Source: Bacteroidia bacterium (GTDB taxonomy: Bacteria > Bacteroidota > Bacteroidia > NS11-12g > UBA9320). Taken from it: a stretch of 64,000 nucleotides of DNA. The notes beneath the pieces are model-generated. The model had not been told where the DNA came from. It saw nothing but the letters and a program-made list of their open reading frames with translations, and made no database searches. Below, piece after piece: positions 20,063 to 30,466 of the stretch (positions within the stretch are counted from its first letter, which is position 1; every line of letters begins with the position of its first letter). The stretch is from NCBI GenBank assembly GCA_029268695.1, contig JAQWNJ010000014.1, forward strand, positions 64,751 through 128,750, given 5' to 3'. The translations under genes were made by a program, and so were the position numbers.

Positions 20063-20671
20063 TTAAAACAAACGCAAATAAGTGCCACTCTTGTACCCAT
20101 ACCCTTTGGGACTTATGTATTGATAGGAAGGATTATACAGTGTTTCATTATTTGAGTTTACCAAGCCATACTCGTTATTCAATTTTATGATAATGATATT
20201 TTGATTAACTAAATAAGGAGGTAAGGAATAAATAACGGGCAGTTTTAATTTGCCTTCTATGTCATAAGCTCCCCAAAGACCTCTTTGAGATTGTACCAAA
20301 ATAAGTCCAAATTTAGGCATCCGAACACGAACATAAATATTGGGCAATATCAGCTTCATTTGCCTTGTCAAAATATTCTGATAAACACTGTCTCCCACCA
20401 AGGCAAATCCATTTTTAAAATTACTCGCAAAGGCAAATCTATAAGGTGTCAATAATCTACCATCAGAGTTTAAATAGCCATACAAATCTCCTTCGGCTAC
20501 ATAAAACAATCCCTCAGAAAGCTCACTTACTTCAGAAAATCGATAACTGCTAATTTGCTGACCATTTTTAAAAATCGCCCTCTTGCGATTATTGGGGTGC
20601 TTTTTTACATTCCAAGATTGGGAATAGCCCCACAATCCAATAAATAAAAATAATACGAACCCTTTTCTCAT
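20063..20671 (-). CDS. Secreted WG-repeat (KWG-like) domain protein
   Basis: It has a signal peptide and repeated ...G(L/Y)(W/Y)G...G segments (GLWGAYDIEGKL, YGLVNSNNETL, DLYGYLNSDGRL). Confidence 0.4.
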   Translation of the reverse strand: MRKGFVLFLFIGLWGYSQSWNVKKHPNNRKRAIFKNGQQISSYRFSEVSELSEGLFYVAEGDLYGYLNSDGRLLTPYRFAFASNFKNGFALVGDSVYQNILTRQMKLILPNIYVRVRMPKFGLILVQSQRGLWGAYDIEGKLKLPVIYSLPPYLVNQNIIIIKLNNEYGLVNSNNETLYNPSYQYISPKGYGYKSGTYLRLF

Positions 20672-21201
20672 TCTAAAACATTAAATTTAAGTTCATCCCC
20701 AACAAACCAGTACCCATTTAACATAATAGCAATAAACGATAGGGTATATTTATGCTTTCTACGTTGATAATATTGCGTGACATAACAATACTGATTTCCA
20801 TCTTCATCGCTACCATGATCGAAATTTAAATCAGTTCGTGCGAGCTTTTTAAAATTTATTTTCAACTTATTAGTTGTTTTTAAAATTTTACGATAATCCC
20901 GTTGTAAACTAAGTAAAATCATCTGCTGTTTAAAAATTACCTGATCATTCCTAAATTGAATATCCATGGTATCAAACGTTCCCTTCAAAAATTTAACATC
21001 AGGCACAAAAGGTTTGATAATCTCCAGATTCATCTGAGGTATTGCTTTATAAAACGTATCACATAGTGCAGGCAATTCTTTGTGTAAAATACAATTAAAT
21101 GCCGAACTGTCTTGCCTTTGACCTTTTAATACATACAATTGAGCATTTACGATTACACACGATTGCAAAAAAATAACCAAAAAGAATTGTCGGTAATCCA
21201 T
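20668..21201 (-). CDS. Hypothetical secreted protein
   Basis: It has a signal peptide and a 4-nt ATGA overlap with the downstream WG-repeat gene, which suggests co-transcription. No family was recognised. Confidence 0.3.
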   Translation of the reverse strand: MDYRQFFLVIFLQSCVIVNAQLYVLKGQRQDSSAFNCILHKELPALCDTFYKAIPQMNLEIIKPFVPDVKFLKGTFDTMDIQFRNDQVIFKQQMILLSLQRDYRKILKTTNKLKINFKKLARTDLNFDHGSDEDGNQYCYVTQYYQRRKHKYTLSFIAIMLNGYWFVGDELKFNVLE

Positions 21202-21303
21202 GATCGATTACAAATTTATTTAGAATTTGGATAATGCATTCATCGATTAATTATTCATCAAGTATAAGCATTGCATGAAGTTAAATATGATAATTTTGTG
21301 CTA

Positions 21304-22215
21304 ATGAATTTAAACAAACTTTTAGTATTTTTCTTTTTGTTGATTATTTTTAATGGTTGTTCAACAACTAAAAATGAAAATAAACCATTAACTATTGTCA
21401 CAACAACAGGAATATTGGGGGATTGTGTCGCTCAAATTATTGATGGTCAAGCTGAGGTGATTTCTATTATGGGAGCTGGAGTAGATCCACACTTATACAA
21501 AGCATCGCAAGGTGATATATCAAAACTATCTGACGCTGACATCATCGTTTATAATGGCTTGCATTTGGAAGGAAAGATGGCACAAATGCTCGAAAATTTC
21601 TCAAAATCAAAACCTGTTTTTGCGATTGGTAATTACATAAAAAAATCAGATTTAAAACGAGTAGATAATACATCTGATCTTGTTGATCCTCATGTTTGGT
21701 TTAGCCCTGATTTATGGCTTGAAGGTCTTAATGGTATCGCTAAAGAGTTGGAAAAACAAAATGGCCTTAATCGTATTTTAGAAAATTACCAAGACTATGC
21801 AACCAAAATTCAATCCACACAAATTAGGCTTCAGCAGCTTTTGGATGAAGGACTTGATTCAAGTCAACGAATCTTAATAACAAGTCATGATGCATTTGAA
21901 TATTTTGGAGATGCATTTAAATTTAAAGTGAGAGGTCTTCAAGGGATTTCGACCACTGCAGAATATGGCACTAAAGACATAAAAGATCTTACAGATTTTA
22001 TAATAGATAACAAGATTAAATCTGTATTTGTAGAAACAAGTGTTCCAAATAAAAATCTAGAAGCAGTAGTCGCAAGTGCTCAAGCAAGAGATTATAGCAT
22101 CCGTATTGGTGGGACACTGTATAGTGATGCTTTGGGAGAAAAAAACACCCCTGCTGGAACGTATGAAGGAATGTTAATTTCTAATGTTCAAACTATAATC
22201 AAAGGACTTAAATAA
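21304..22215 (+). CDS. Metal (Zn/Mn/Fe) ABC transporter substrate-binding lipoprotein, TroA/ZnuA cluster-9 family
   Basis: It has a lipoprotein signal (LIIFNGC) and ZnuA/TroA blocks (DPHLYKAS, DPHVWFSP, ITSHDAFEYFGDAF). A TTG at 21271 is an alternative start. Confidence 0.8.
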   Translation: MNLNKLLVFFFLLIIFNGCSTTKNENKPLTIVTTTGILGDCVAQIIDGQAEVISIMGAGVDPHLYKASQGDISKLSDADIIVYNGLHLEGKMAQMLENFSKSKPVFAIGNYIKKSDLKRVDNTSDLVDPHVWFSPDLWLEGLNGIAKELEKQNGLNRILENYQDYATKIQSTQIRLQQLLDEGLDSSQRILITSHDAFEYFGDAFKFKVRGLQGISTTAEYGTKDIKDLTDFIIDNKIKSVFVETSVPNKNLEAVVASAQARDYSIRIGGTLYSDALGEKNTPAGTYEGMLISNVQTIIKGLK

Positions 22216-22991
22216 TGGCTATCCCAATTATAGAGGCTCATAATCTAACTGTTCTTTATGGAAGAAAACCTGCCATTTGGAATATTGATTTTAAACTCCC
22301 TGAAGGTCAAGTAATTGGAATAATGGGTCCTAACGGAAGTGGCAAAAGTACACTACTTAAATCAATTATGGGCGTTGTTACACCCACTACGGGGTATACT
22401 AAAGTTTATGACCAGGAATTAAATCAAGTGCGTCATAAAGTTAGTTATGTGCCACAACGACAAGAAATAGACTGGGATTTCCCAGCAAGTGTTTGGGATA
22501 TTGTTTCAATGGGTCGGTTTCATGTTCGAGGATTGTTCAAAAGGCTTACAAGCGAGGATAATGACATCATTCAGGAAAGTCTGGAAAAAGTGAATATGCT
22601 TGGCTTTGCTAAAAGACAAATCAGCCAATTATCGGTAGGGCAACAACAACGGGTATTTCTAGCTAGAGCCATAGCTCAACAAGGGGAACTATTTTTAATG
22701 GACGAGCCATTTGCTGGGGTAGATATCGCAACTGAAGAAATGATTGTTGATCTTTTAAAAGAAATGAAAGGTCAGGGCAAAACACTCGTTATCGTTCACC
22801 ACGATTTACACACTGCCCAATCGTATTTTGATCATCTAGTTTTGATGAATACACGACTAGTTGCATGTGGTAAAACATCTGATGTTTTCACGGATCAGAT
22901 TTTAACAGATACGTATGGTGGCAAATTAACTACGATATCAAAAATTAGTCAAGAGTTAGAAAATAAGGAATTCCCAATTAGACATCAATGA
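22215..22991 (+). CDS. Metal ABC transporter ATP-binding protein
   Basis: It has a Walker A (GPNGSGKST), the signature LSVGQQQRV, and a Walker B (LFLMDEPFAGVD). It overlaps the neighbouring genes. Confidence 0.85.
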   Translation: MAIPIIEAHNLTVLYGRKPAIWNIDFKLPEGQVIGIMGPNGSGKSTLLKSIMGVVTPTTGYTKVYDQELNQVRHKVSYVPQRQEIDWDFPASVWDIVSMGRFHVRGLFKRLTSEDNDIIQESLEKVNMLGFAKRQISQLSVGQQQRVFLARAIAQQGELFLMDEPFAGVDIATEEMIVDLLKEMKGQGKTLVIVHHDLHTAQSYFDHLVLMNTRLVACGKTSDVFTDQILTDTYGGKLTTISKISQELENKEFPIRHQ

Positions 22992-24268
22992 GTTTTTGGC
23001 AAAATATACCTAGTTATTTCTCAAGTGAATATTATACCTTTTGGGTGGTTAGTATTGGTGCTGGAATAATTTGTTTTGGAGCTGGCATTGTGGGTACATT
23101 TTCTTATCTCAGAAAACGAGCTTTACTAGGTGACGTTATTTCTCATGCAGTTTTGCCAGGTGTTGCTATTTCATTCATGCTTACTGGAGTTAAAAACCCT
23201 CTTTATTTTTTAATAGGAGCTACAACCTCTGGGATTCTATCTATTTGGCTTGTAGATTATATTCATAGTAAGTCGAAATTAAAACCAGATACTATTCTGG
23301 CTTTGACATTAAGTGTTTTCTTCGGAATCGGCATTGTGCTTCTGACCAAAATACAACACAGTGGCAATGCTGCACAAAGTGGATTGGATAGCTTTTTATT
23401 TGGGAAGGCTGCAAGCATGACACTACAAGATGTAATAACATTCTCAGTTATTGCACTAATCAATACTTTATGTATCGCAGTTTTTTTAAGAGCTTTTAGT
23501 ATGATTAGTTTTGACGAAGAATATGCGAAAAGTTTAGGTTTTAATATTAAAATTATCAAATCATTTTTAGCCCTTCTAACCGTTATTACGGTTGCTATTG
23601 GTATACAATCCGTAGGTATTGTGCTTATGGCAGCCTTATTAATTACTCCTGCAAGTGGTGCCCGATTTCTTACAAACTCTATAAAAAAGATGCTAATTTA
23701 TGCAGGTATCTTCGCATTATTGAGTGGGTTCACAGGTGTAATTATCAGCTCTAGCGGAACAGCAATGCCAACTGGACCTTGGATTGTCGTTGTATTATCA
23801 TCCTTCACAATATTTGCTATCTTCTTTGGAAAAGAAAAAGGAGTTATTGCTCGAATGAGAATTAGGAGATCAAACAATCTTAAAATCAATAATGAAAACA
23901 CACTTAAGAAATTATACAAGTTATCAGAAGAAAGGAAAGAAAGTATTCATGTAGATCAATTATCTGACATTCAATCCTCCGCCCAATTAAAAACAACATT
24001 AAAACGATTAGAAAAAAAGCAAATACTTAGTCAAGTTAAAGGAACCATTATACTTAATGAGAAAGGCAAAATTGCAGCACGAGAAGTAATTCGTAAACAT
24101 CGCCTTTGGGAAATCTACTTGTCTAAATATTTTCAACTGGATAAGGATCATCTGCATGATGATGCCGAAGGGATTGAACATGTCATTACACCCGAAATTG
24201 AAAAACATCTTATAACATTATTAGATAGACCCGAAAAAGATCCACACCAAAGTGAGATCCCATACTAA
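22988..24268 (+). CDS. ABC-3 metal transporter permease with a C-terminal fused DtxR/MntR-family metalloregulator domain
   Basis: About 290 aa of ABC-3 permease with 8-9 TM helices is followed by a DtxR-like HTH and metal/dimerisation domain (LKKLYKLSEE..., RKHRLWEIYL, HDDAEGIEHVITPEIEKHL, DPHQSEIPY). Confidence 0.8.
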   Translation: MSFWQNIPSYFSSEYYTFWVVSIGAGIICFGAGIVGTFSYLRKRALLGDVISHAVLPGVAISFMLTGVKNPLYFLIGATTSGILSIWLVDYIHSKSKLKPDTILALTLSVFFGIGIVLLTKIQHSGNAAQSGLDSFLFGKAASMTLQDVITFSVIALINTLCIAVFLRAFSMISFDEEYAKSLGFNIKIIKSFLALLTVITVAIGIQSVGIVLMAALLITPASGARFLTNSIKKMLIYAGIFALLSGFTGVIISSSGTAMPTGPWIVVVLSSFTIFAIFFGKEKGVIARMRIRRSNNLKINNENTLKKLYKLSEERKESIHVDQLSDIQSSAQLKTTLKRLEKKQILSQVKGTIILNEKGKIAAREVIRKHRLWEIYLSKYFQLDKDHLHDDAEGIEHVITPEIEKHLITLLDRPEKDPHQSEIPY

Positions 24269-25128
24269 TGAATGACTTTTATATCATATTGACTGCATGT
24301 CTAGTAGCAATTAACTGTGCTATTATGGGCAGTTTTTTAGTCATGCGAAAAATGGTTATGATTGGTGATGCGATATCACACGCTGTACTTCCAGGTATAT
24401 TTTTCGCATACATAATTTCTGGTTCTACTTCTAGCTTACCCATTCTAATAGGTGCCGCATCCAGTGGAATTTTAGCCACAATCATAATCGAATGGTTTAC
24501 TCAAAAGGCACGTCTTCAAAGTGACGCTTCAATAGGAGTTTCTTACACGCTATTATTTGCCATTGGAATTATTCTAATTTCAAAATTTGGAGCTAATGCT
24601 GATATCGATCAACAATGTGTTTTATATGGCGAATTGGAATATGTTTCTCTCTGGTTAGAGCCCATTATTGGCGATTTTTATCTACCAAGACAGACCCTTA
24701 TATTAGGGGTTGTTTGCATTATCATCGTATTAGCTGTTACTTGGGGATACAAAGGTTTATTTATTACCACTTTTGATCCTAATTTTTCAATATCAACTGG
24801 GATTGCCATTGGTTTTTGGCATTACTTTTTAATGAGTGGTGTATCGCTTACTACCGTGGTTTCATTTGAATCTGTTGGGGCAATTCTTGTAATCGCATTC
24901 TTGTCTGGCCCTCCGGCAATTGCATATTTACTGACTGGGAATTTTAAGAAAATGCTCGTTTTAGCCTGTGCTTTTGGTATTTTATGCTCAATTGTTGGTT
25001 ACTACCTGGCTAAATTATTAGATGTATCAGTAGCTGGAGCTATATCTGCGGTAATTGGAGCTATTTTTACCATTGTTTTCGTGATCACAAGTAGTCAGAA
25101 AAGTAAAATAGATGTAATATCTGACTAA
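24268..25128 (+). CDS. ABC-3 metal transporter permease (second subunit)
   Basis: It has the polytopic ABC-3 fold (GDAISHAVLPGIF) and its ATG overlaps the upstream stop. Confidence 0.8.
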   Translation: MNDFYIILTACLVAINCAIMGSFLVMRKMVMIGDAISHAVLPGIFFAYIISGSTSSLPILIGAASSGILATIIIEWFTQKARLQSDASIGVSYTLLFAIGIILISKFGANADIDQQCVLYGELEYVSLWLEPIIGDFYLPRQTLILGVVCIIIVLAVTWGYKGLFITTFDPNFSISTGIAIGFWHYFLMSGVSLTTVVSFESVGAILVIAFLSGPPAIAYLLTGNFKKMLVLACAFGILCSIVGYYLAKLLDVSVAGAISAVIGAIFTIVFVITSSQKSKIDVISD

Positions 25129-25204
25129 AATCCTGCGATTCTTCCATTTATTTTCTTTGTGATATCTATCATTGTATAGGAAATAACAATCTACATAGTA
25201 AAAA

Positions 25205-27091
25205 TTGAAAAAGTTTTGTTCATCCATAATTATAGCTGCAAGTTTAATTACCTGTTTATTCACTAAATCTATGGCCCAAGACAGTAGTAACTATACCTTT
25301 TTACTATCTAGAGAAGACATTCAAACGGCAAACCTTCAAAACCTAGAGCAAGCATTATCAATATTACCATTGTTTCATAGCTTTTCTAAAGATGGATTAA
25401 ATCAAATCAGTTATGGGTCGCTAACCATTGACAATATTGCTGTATATAAAGACGGTTTTCCAGCTGCTTTAGATCAAAATATAAACTACGATTACAGGTC
25501 CATCCCACTTTGGGATATTGATCGCATTGAAATACACCTTACACCTGTAATTGGCCTGGCAAAGAACAGTGGTATAATAATCAACTTATACTCTATTAAA
25601 ATTCCAAAAAGCCCAATTTGGTCCCGATTAAATATCACAAACACATCTTTGAGTGACTTTCATGGATCCTTTATTATTGGGCTGAGTAATGTTGTTCATA
25701 GTGGGCAGGTAGGATTAAGTAGGAGCTTTACAAACAATTTATATGATGACAAAAGACTTCGATCAACATCACTTGGAGCATTTGAAAGGTATGATTTAAA
25801 CCTTAAGTATCAATATAAAATTCTTCCTAGTGTGACACTCAATATTCAAAGTGATCACTCAAAAATACATACCCAAAATAAAGGAAATATCATCTCAGGT
25901 ACATCGCGTGTAAGAGATCACGAAAATGATTTTAATAAACATAATATTTATGGTTCACTTCAATTAAAAGCTTCAAAAAATCATACCTTATCACTAGAAG
26001 GAATGGCTCATCATTTTAAGAGCAATAATTCGCTTATTGATAAAAACTTAAATACCGGTCAAGAAGATGCATTTGCCAGCTTTTATACTCACCCAAATAT
26101 TGGATATAATCAAGGACACATCAAGTTATCCCTTAAATCGCATAGCAAACCTTTAGGTTATTCCATGGGAATTAATCTCAGTAATACGAGAGATAATACC
26201 TACCCATATATTGATGCAATATCAACTGCTTACAATGATTATTCAGCTTATGGAATACTCTCATTTAGGTACAGAAATACAATCCTTCTGAACGGAGGAA
26301 TAAACTTATGGCACAACAACCTTTCAGGAAATTTTTTATTACCTCAATTTCAAATAAAGCTCGCACCTAGAGAGGTCATTCAACTCAATTTTACCTCACA
26401 TGCATCTGTATCTTATGCCCCATTTAGCCAACTATTTTACCCACCCCATTTCAATAATGGTGTCAGAAATAATGTTTTGTTAGAGCCTTTAAGACAAAAT
26501 GCTATTCATGCTAATATAATCTTAAATCAAAATAACTTAAATGCCACGAGTGGTATGCTATTTATTACTCAAAGTAATATTCCCAGAGTGACCGAATCTA
26601 AAGCCTATGTATCTACTGGAAAATCCTCAAGTTTTTCAACTTACGCAAGTATTGCCTTCTCTAACAAAATACTTACTATTAAGCCTAGTGCAATGATGCA
26701 TTCTAATAATAATTCAAGAGATACAGGAAATTTCACATTTTTTTACCCTGAGCTAAACTTAAATACGCATGTAAACATACCTGGATCTAAATTCTTATTA
26801 GGACTAACTGCAAAATACATAGGAAAACGTTCCAGCTCATTTATTTCTGATGGAATTGTATACATCGCTGAACAACAAAAAATGCGTTTTCTTTCTATCA
26901 GAATTCAAAGAAATTTTATCAAAGAAAAACTCCAGATTTCATTCGGAATTAATAATATTCTTCAATCATCATTTATAGATAATAACACCTACCAATTGAC
27001 AGAAATTGACCGAAATTTTATTAATAATGAAAGTATTATAAGCGGGTACCCCCGTTCATTTACATTCAAAGTTATTTATACAACTCCATGA
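25205..27091 (+). CDS. TonB-dependent receptor-like outer-membrane beta-barrel protein (small, divergent)
   Basis: A TTG start is the only one that retains the signal peptide (KKFCSSIIIAASLITCLFTKSMAQ). It has a plug-like segment (GSLTIDNIAVYKDGFPAAL...IDRIEIH) and a 22-strand-like beta-rich body. Confidence 0.5.
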   Translation: MKKFCSSIIIAASLITCLFTKSMAQDSSNYTFLLSREDIQTANLQNLEQALSILPLFHSFSKDGLNQISYGSLTIDNIAVYKDGFPAALDQNINYDYRSIPLWDIDRIEIHLTPVIGLAKNSGIIINLYSIKIPKSPIWSRLNITNTSLSDFHGSFIIGLSNVVHSGQVGLSRSFTNNLYDDKRLRSTSLGAFERYDLNLKYQYKILPSVTLNIQSDHSKIHTQNKGNIISGTSRVRDHENDFNKHNIYGSLQLKASKNHTLSLEGMAHHFKSNNSLIDKNLNTGQEDAFASFYTHPNIGYNQGHIKLSLKSHSKPLGYSMGINLSNTRDNTYPYIDAISTAYNDYSAYGILSFRYRNTILLNGGINLWHNNLSGNFLLPQFQIKLAPREVIQLNFTSHASVSYAPFSQLFYPPHFNNGVRNNVLLEPLRQNAIHANIILNQNNLNATSGMLFITQSNIPRVTESKAYVSTGKSSSFSTYASIAFSNKILTIKPSAMMHSNNNSRDTGNFTFFYPELNLNTHVNIPGSKFLLGLTAKYIGKRSSSFISDGIVYIAEQQKMRFLSIRIQRNFIKEKLQISFGINNILQSSFIDNNTYQLTEIDRNFINNESIISGYPRSFTFKVIYTTP

Positions 27092-28086
27092 AAAGAGCAA
27101 CATACATATTACTTCTTTTTTCATTATCTCGGTGTTTCACTCCTGATGTATATTTACCAGAGGTTGATTCTGAAAAAATTAATCTAACCCTAAATATTGA
27201 TGAGCCATCTAGCTTTATAAAATTAGGTTATCCAACAAGTACATTAAGTAAACAAAAATATAATTGGCAATTAAAATTTGATAACAACTCAAGTAGCTGG
27301 GGAGTATACACTAACCCTAGTCAACCAATCCGTGTGATTAATACAACTATTAATCGATTTGAATTAATTAATAATAAATCCATTGATGGGAATACCATTT
27401 GGCAATATGATGAAGTAAAGAACAACCAAATCCAAAGCTCAATTGGCTCTTGGGGAGATTTTAATTTCTCCAATCCAGAATCTCATAAAGACGTGTATGT
27501 TTTAAATTGGAGGCAAGATTCTGTGGAATATTATTTTAAATTTCAATTGCTTGATGCAGGCATCAATACCTATCACATTAAATATGGCCCGCTTGATGGG
27601 ACTGTAACATATACAGATTCGATAATTAAAGATGATATTCAACTGTACTCATATTTTTCATTAGTCAACAATATCAAAATAAACTCCATCGAGCCACAAA
27701 CTGATGATTGGCACATTCACCTTAATTATCAGGTAGATTCAATTTCCAAATATTCAAGAATTCCATATTCATTGACTTCAACTGAAAATATAGGATTGTT
27801 CCCAAGTGCCGAGTTAAATCATAAACACGTTGAAATCCATATTGATAGTTTGCTAGATTATGAACAGATCAATTACATCGAAGCAAAAAACTTTTCTTAT
27901 GAAAAATCAAATAGTGTCATCGGATTATTTTATTTGAAGGATCAAGCTACAAATGAAATAAAGTTGAACTCAAGACAAAATTTAATTTTACGAAGCCAGG
28001 AAGAATACTATGTTATAAGACCTATTAATCTTATTGGGAATTCAGTTAATAATTACACCGTCACAATAGAAATAAAAAAGCTTTAA
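27088..28086 (+). CDS. Hypothetical lipoprotein co-transcribed with the receptor (possible surface-exposed ligand-binding partner)
   Basis: It has a lipoprotein signal (LLLFSLSRC) and an ATGA overlap with the receptor stop. No family was recognised. Confidence 0.35.
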   Translation: MKRATYILLLFSLSRCFTPDVYLPEVDSEKINLTLNIDEPSSFIKLGYPTSTLSKQKYNWQLKFDNNSSSWGVYTNPSQPIRVINTTINRFELINNKSIDGNTIWQYDEVKNNQIQSSIGSWGDFNFSNPESHKDVYVLNWRQDSVEYYFKFQLLDAGINTYHIKYGPLDGTVTYTDSIIKDDIQLYSYFSLVNNIKINSIEPQTDDWHIHLNYQVDSISKYSRIPYSLTSTENIGLFPSAELNHKHVEIHIDSLLDYEQINYIEAKNFSYEKSNSVIGLFYLKDQATNEIKLNSRQNLILRSQEEYYVIRPINLIGNSVNNYTVTIEIKKL

Positions 28087-29405
28087 TCAAACGTAAATGA
28101 TGCTTTTTGGAATGTCCCGGAACTCATTAAGAGGACATTATCTCCTTGTTCAAAAGAAGTATTAACGATGTTTTCTAAATCTGATGTAAAATGCATAACC
28201 TCAACATTTCCAAAACTATTTTGGACAAAAGAAGCATCTATATATTCCATTTTTTTATGTTCAAAAATAGCATCATTATAGAACACAATTGCATGGTCTG
28301 CGGCATCCATCGTATCCTTGTATAGAGGCAAAAAATCTTTGGTCAAACTACTGAATGTATGCAGTTCGAATACAGCTATCAACTTCCCCTCAAACGAATC
28401 CTTTATAGCCTCTGTTGTGGCTTTCAGCTTACTCGGTGAATGAGCAAAATCTCGATATACCACTTGACCGTTCTTATCAAAAATCTTTTCCATACGCTTA
28501 CCTGCACCTGAAAATTCTTTAATTGCTTGGTAAAATTCATCGCCTGGAACACCTAATTGTTCACATACTAACTGAGCAGCATGTAGATTTTCTAAATTAT
28601 GCTTACCTACAATCTCAAGTGGATACCATGAGCCTGCGTATGAAATTAATGACCCGTTGGAAGTATTTTTATAAACTGGTGTATCATAAGCCATATTAGA
28701 ACACAAGGATACTTCCACTAATTTTTGTAAATGAATATCGTTTTTGTACCAAAAAAACTGACCTTTTGATACATGAGTATTCATATACTTTTTAAACGTC
28801 TCTAAATATGAATCAAAAGTTGGGAAAACATTAATATGATCATAAGCAATACCTGTAATGATTGATATGTGTGGATTATACCACAAAAATTTGGACTTAA
28901 GATCCATTGGTGAGCTCAAATACTCATCCCCTTCTATAATAATTAGAGGTGCATCAGAAATTTTGACAGATAAATCAAACCCATTAATTGACGAACCCAC
29001 TAAATAATCAAAATCGATATTCAGACGAGATAAAACATACATAATCATAGCTGTAGTTGTGGTTTTACCGTGACTTCCTGCTACAACTACCCGCTTTTTA
29101 TCCTTACTTTCAGTAGCTATAAACTCTGGGAACGACATAATATTCAGATTTAATTGCTTAGCCTTCAAAAGCTCAGGATTATCTTTTCTAGCATGCATCC
29201 CGAGAATTACAACATCTATATCTGAAGTGATTACACTCTCGTCCCAACCAATCGAAGGGAGTAAGTTATTCTCTTTTAAATTAGAACGAGCTGGATCATA
29301 TATGGCGTCATCAGATCCGGAAACATGATGACCCTTTCTTTGTAATGCTATTGCAAGATTGTGCATAATTGCACCTCCTATCGCTATTAAATGAACACGT
29401 TTCAA
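28083..29405 (-). CDS. mpl: UDP-N-acetylmuramate:L-alanyl-gamma-D-glutamyl-meso-diaminopimelate ligase (Mpl) / Mur ligase family
   Basis: The N-terminus VHLIAIGGAIMHNLAIALQRKGHHVSGSD matches Mpl/MurC. A Mur ligase P-loop (GSHGKTTTTAMI) is present. The TTG start is supported by alignment to Mpl N-termini. Confidence 0.7.
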   Translation of the reverse strand: MKRVHLIAIGGAIMHNLAIALQRKGHHVSGSDDAIYDPARSNLKENNLLPSIGWDESVITSDIDVVILGMHARKDNPELLKAKQLNLNIMSFPEFIATESKDKKRVVVAGSHGKTTTTAMIMYVLSRLNIDFDYLVGSSINGFDLSVKISDAPLIIIEGDEYLSSPMDLKSKFLWYNPHISIITGIAYDHINVFPTFDSYLETFKKYMNTHVSKGQFFWYKNDIHLQKLVEVSLCSNMAYDTPVYKNTSNGSLISYAGSWYPLEIVGKHNLENLHAAQLVCEQLGVPGDEFYQAIKEFSGAGKRMEKIFDKNGQVVYRDFAHSPSKLKATTEAIKDSFEGKLIAVFELHTFSSLTKDFLPLYKDTMDAADHAIVFYNDAIFEHKKMEYIDASFVQNSFGNVEVMHFTSDLENIVNTSFEQGDNVLLMSSGTFQKASFTFD

Positions 29406-29536
29406 TTTAATTGATTTTTTATTTGAGCGAATTTATAACCAAAAATAAAGAAACGATAAACCATCCATATTTGGTTGAAATTAATGGCTTAAATAGTTTA
29501 CACCCGCATTTCTAATTTATGACTTAATTTGCATAA

Positions 29537-30466
29537 ATGATTTCTGTGGTTTTGCCCATATACAATGAAGAAAAAGGTCTGAAATCTTTCATTGATGATT
29601 TACTCACCCAGTTGAAGGATATCAAACAAAATTTTGAAATCATTTTAGTAAATGATGGGAGTACAGATCAATCGCTTGAGCTCATACAATCGCTATGTTC
29701 CTTCCACTCAGAACTAAAATTTATTGGATTAAGTCGAAATTTTGGACACCAAATTGCTGTCTCTGCTGGAATTGATTATGCCTCGGGAGATCAAGTAATT
29801 TTGATGGATGCAGACGGACAGGACCCTCCAGAACTTATCCCCGATCTTATCAGCAAAATGAATGAAGGATATGATGTCGTATATGCCAAACGAATAAAGA
29901 GAGCTAATGAATCTTTAGTCAAGAAATGGACAGCAAGTTTCTTTTATAAACTACTTAACAAAATAACATCCATAGAAATTCCTGTAGATACTGGAGACTT
30001 CAGAATTATTAACCGAAAAGTGGTGGATGCTTTGAAGCAAATGGCAGAGAAACAACGATACTTAAGAGGTCAAATTGCATGGTTAGGATTCAAACAGACA
30101 CCAATTGAATATGAACGAAAAGGAAGAAACGCAGGTGAAACGAATTACACTTACAGAAAAATGATCCGTTTAGCCATTGATGCCATTACCTCTTTTTCTA
30201 ATTGGCCATTGCGATTAGCTACAATTTCTGGATTTGTTTGTGCTTTCCTAGGGTTTATTCTCATACTATATACACTCTACGCTAAGTTTATATTAAAAAT
30301 ATACGAACCAGGATGGCCCTCACTAATGATCAGTATAGTTTTTCTTGGCGGGATTCAATTATTAGGTATTGGCATGATCGGAGAATACATTGCTCGCATA
30401 AATGACAATGTTAAAAAAAGACCGTTGTACTTGGTTGATGAGACCAATATCAAAACTCATGCATAA
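29537..30466 (+). CDS. GT2 polyprenyl-phosphate glycosyltransferase (GtrB/ArnC/DPM1-like) with two C-terminal TM helices
   Basis: The GT-A motifs are present (VVLPIYNEE, ILVNDGSTD, DAD). The C-terminus has a hydrophobic hairpin. Confidence 0.8.
   Translation: MISVVLPIYNEEKGLKSFIDDLLTQLKDIKQNFEIILVNDGSTDQSLELIQSLCSFHSELKFIGLSRNFGHQIAVSAGIDYASGDQVILMDADGQDPPELIPDLISKMNEGYDVVYAKRIKRANESLVKKWTASFFYKLLNKITSIEIPVDTGDFRIINRKVVDALKQMAEKQRYLRGQIAWLGFKQTPIEYERKGRNAGETNYTYRKMIRLAIDAITSFSNWPLRLATISGFVCAFLGFILILYTLYAKFILKIYEPGWPSLMISIVFLGGIQLLGIGMIGEYIARINDNVKKRPLYLVDETNIKTHA

Noticed and set aside
30402-30466. Track start at 30402 for the hypothetical protein, giving a 65-nt overlap with the GT2 gene
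   Set aside because: A downstream ATG at 30459 overlaps the GT2 stop (ATGCATAA), which is the usual coupled arrangement. The longer start is likely an artefact of longest-ORF calling.
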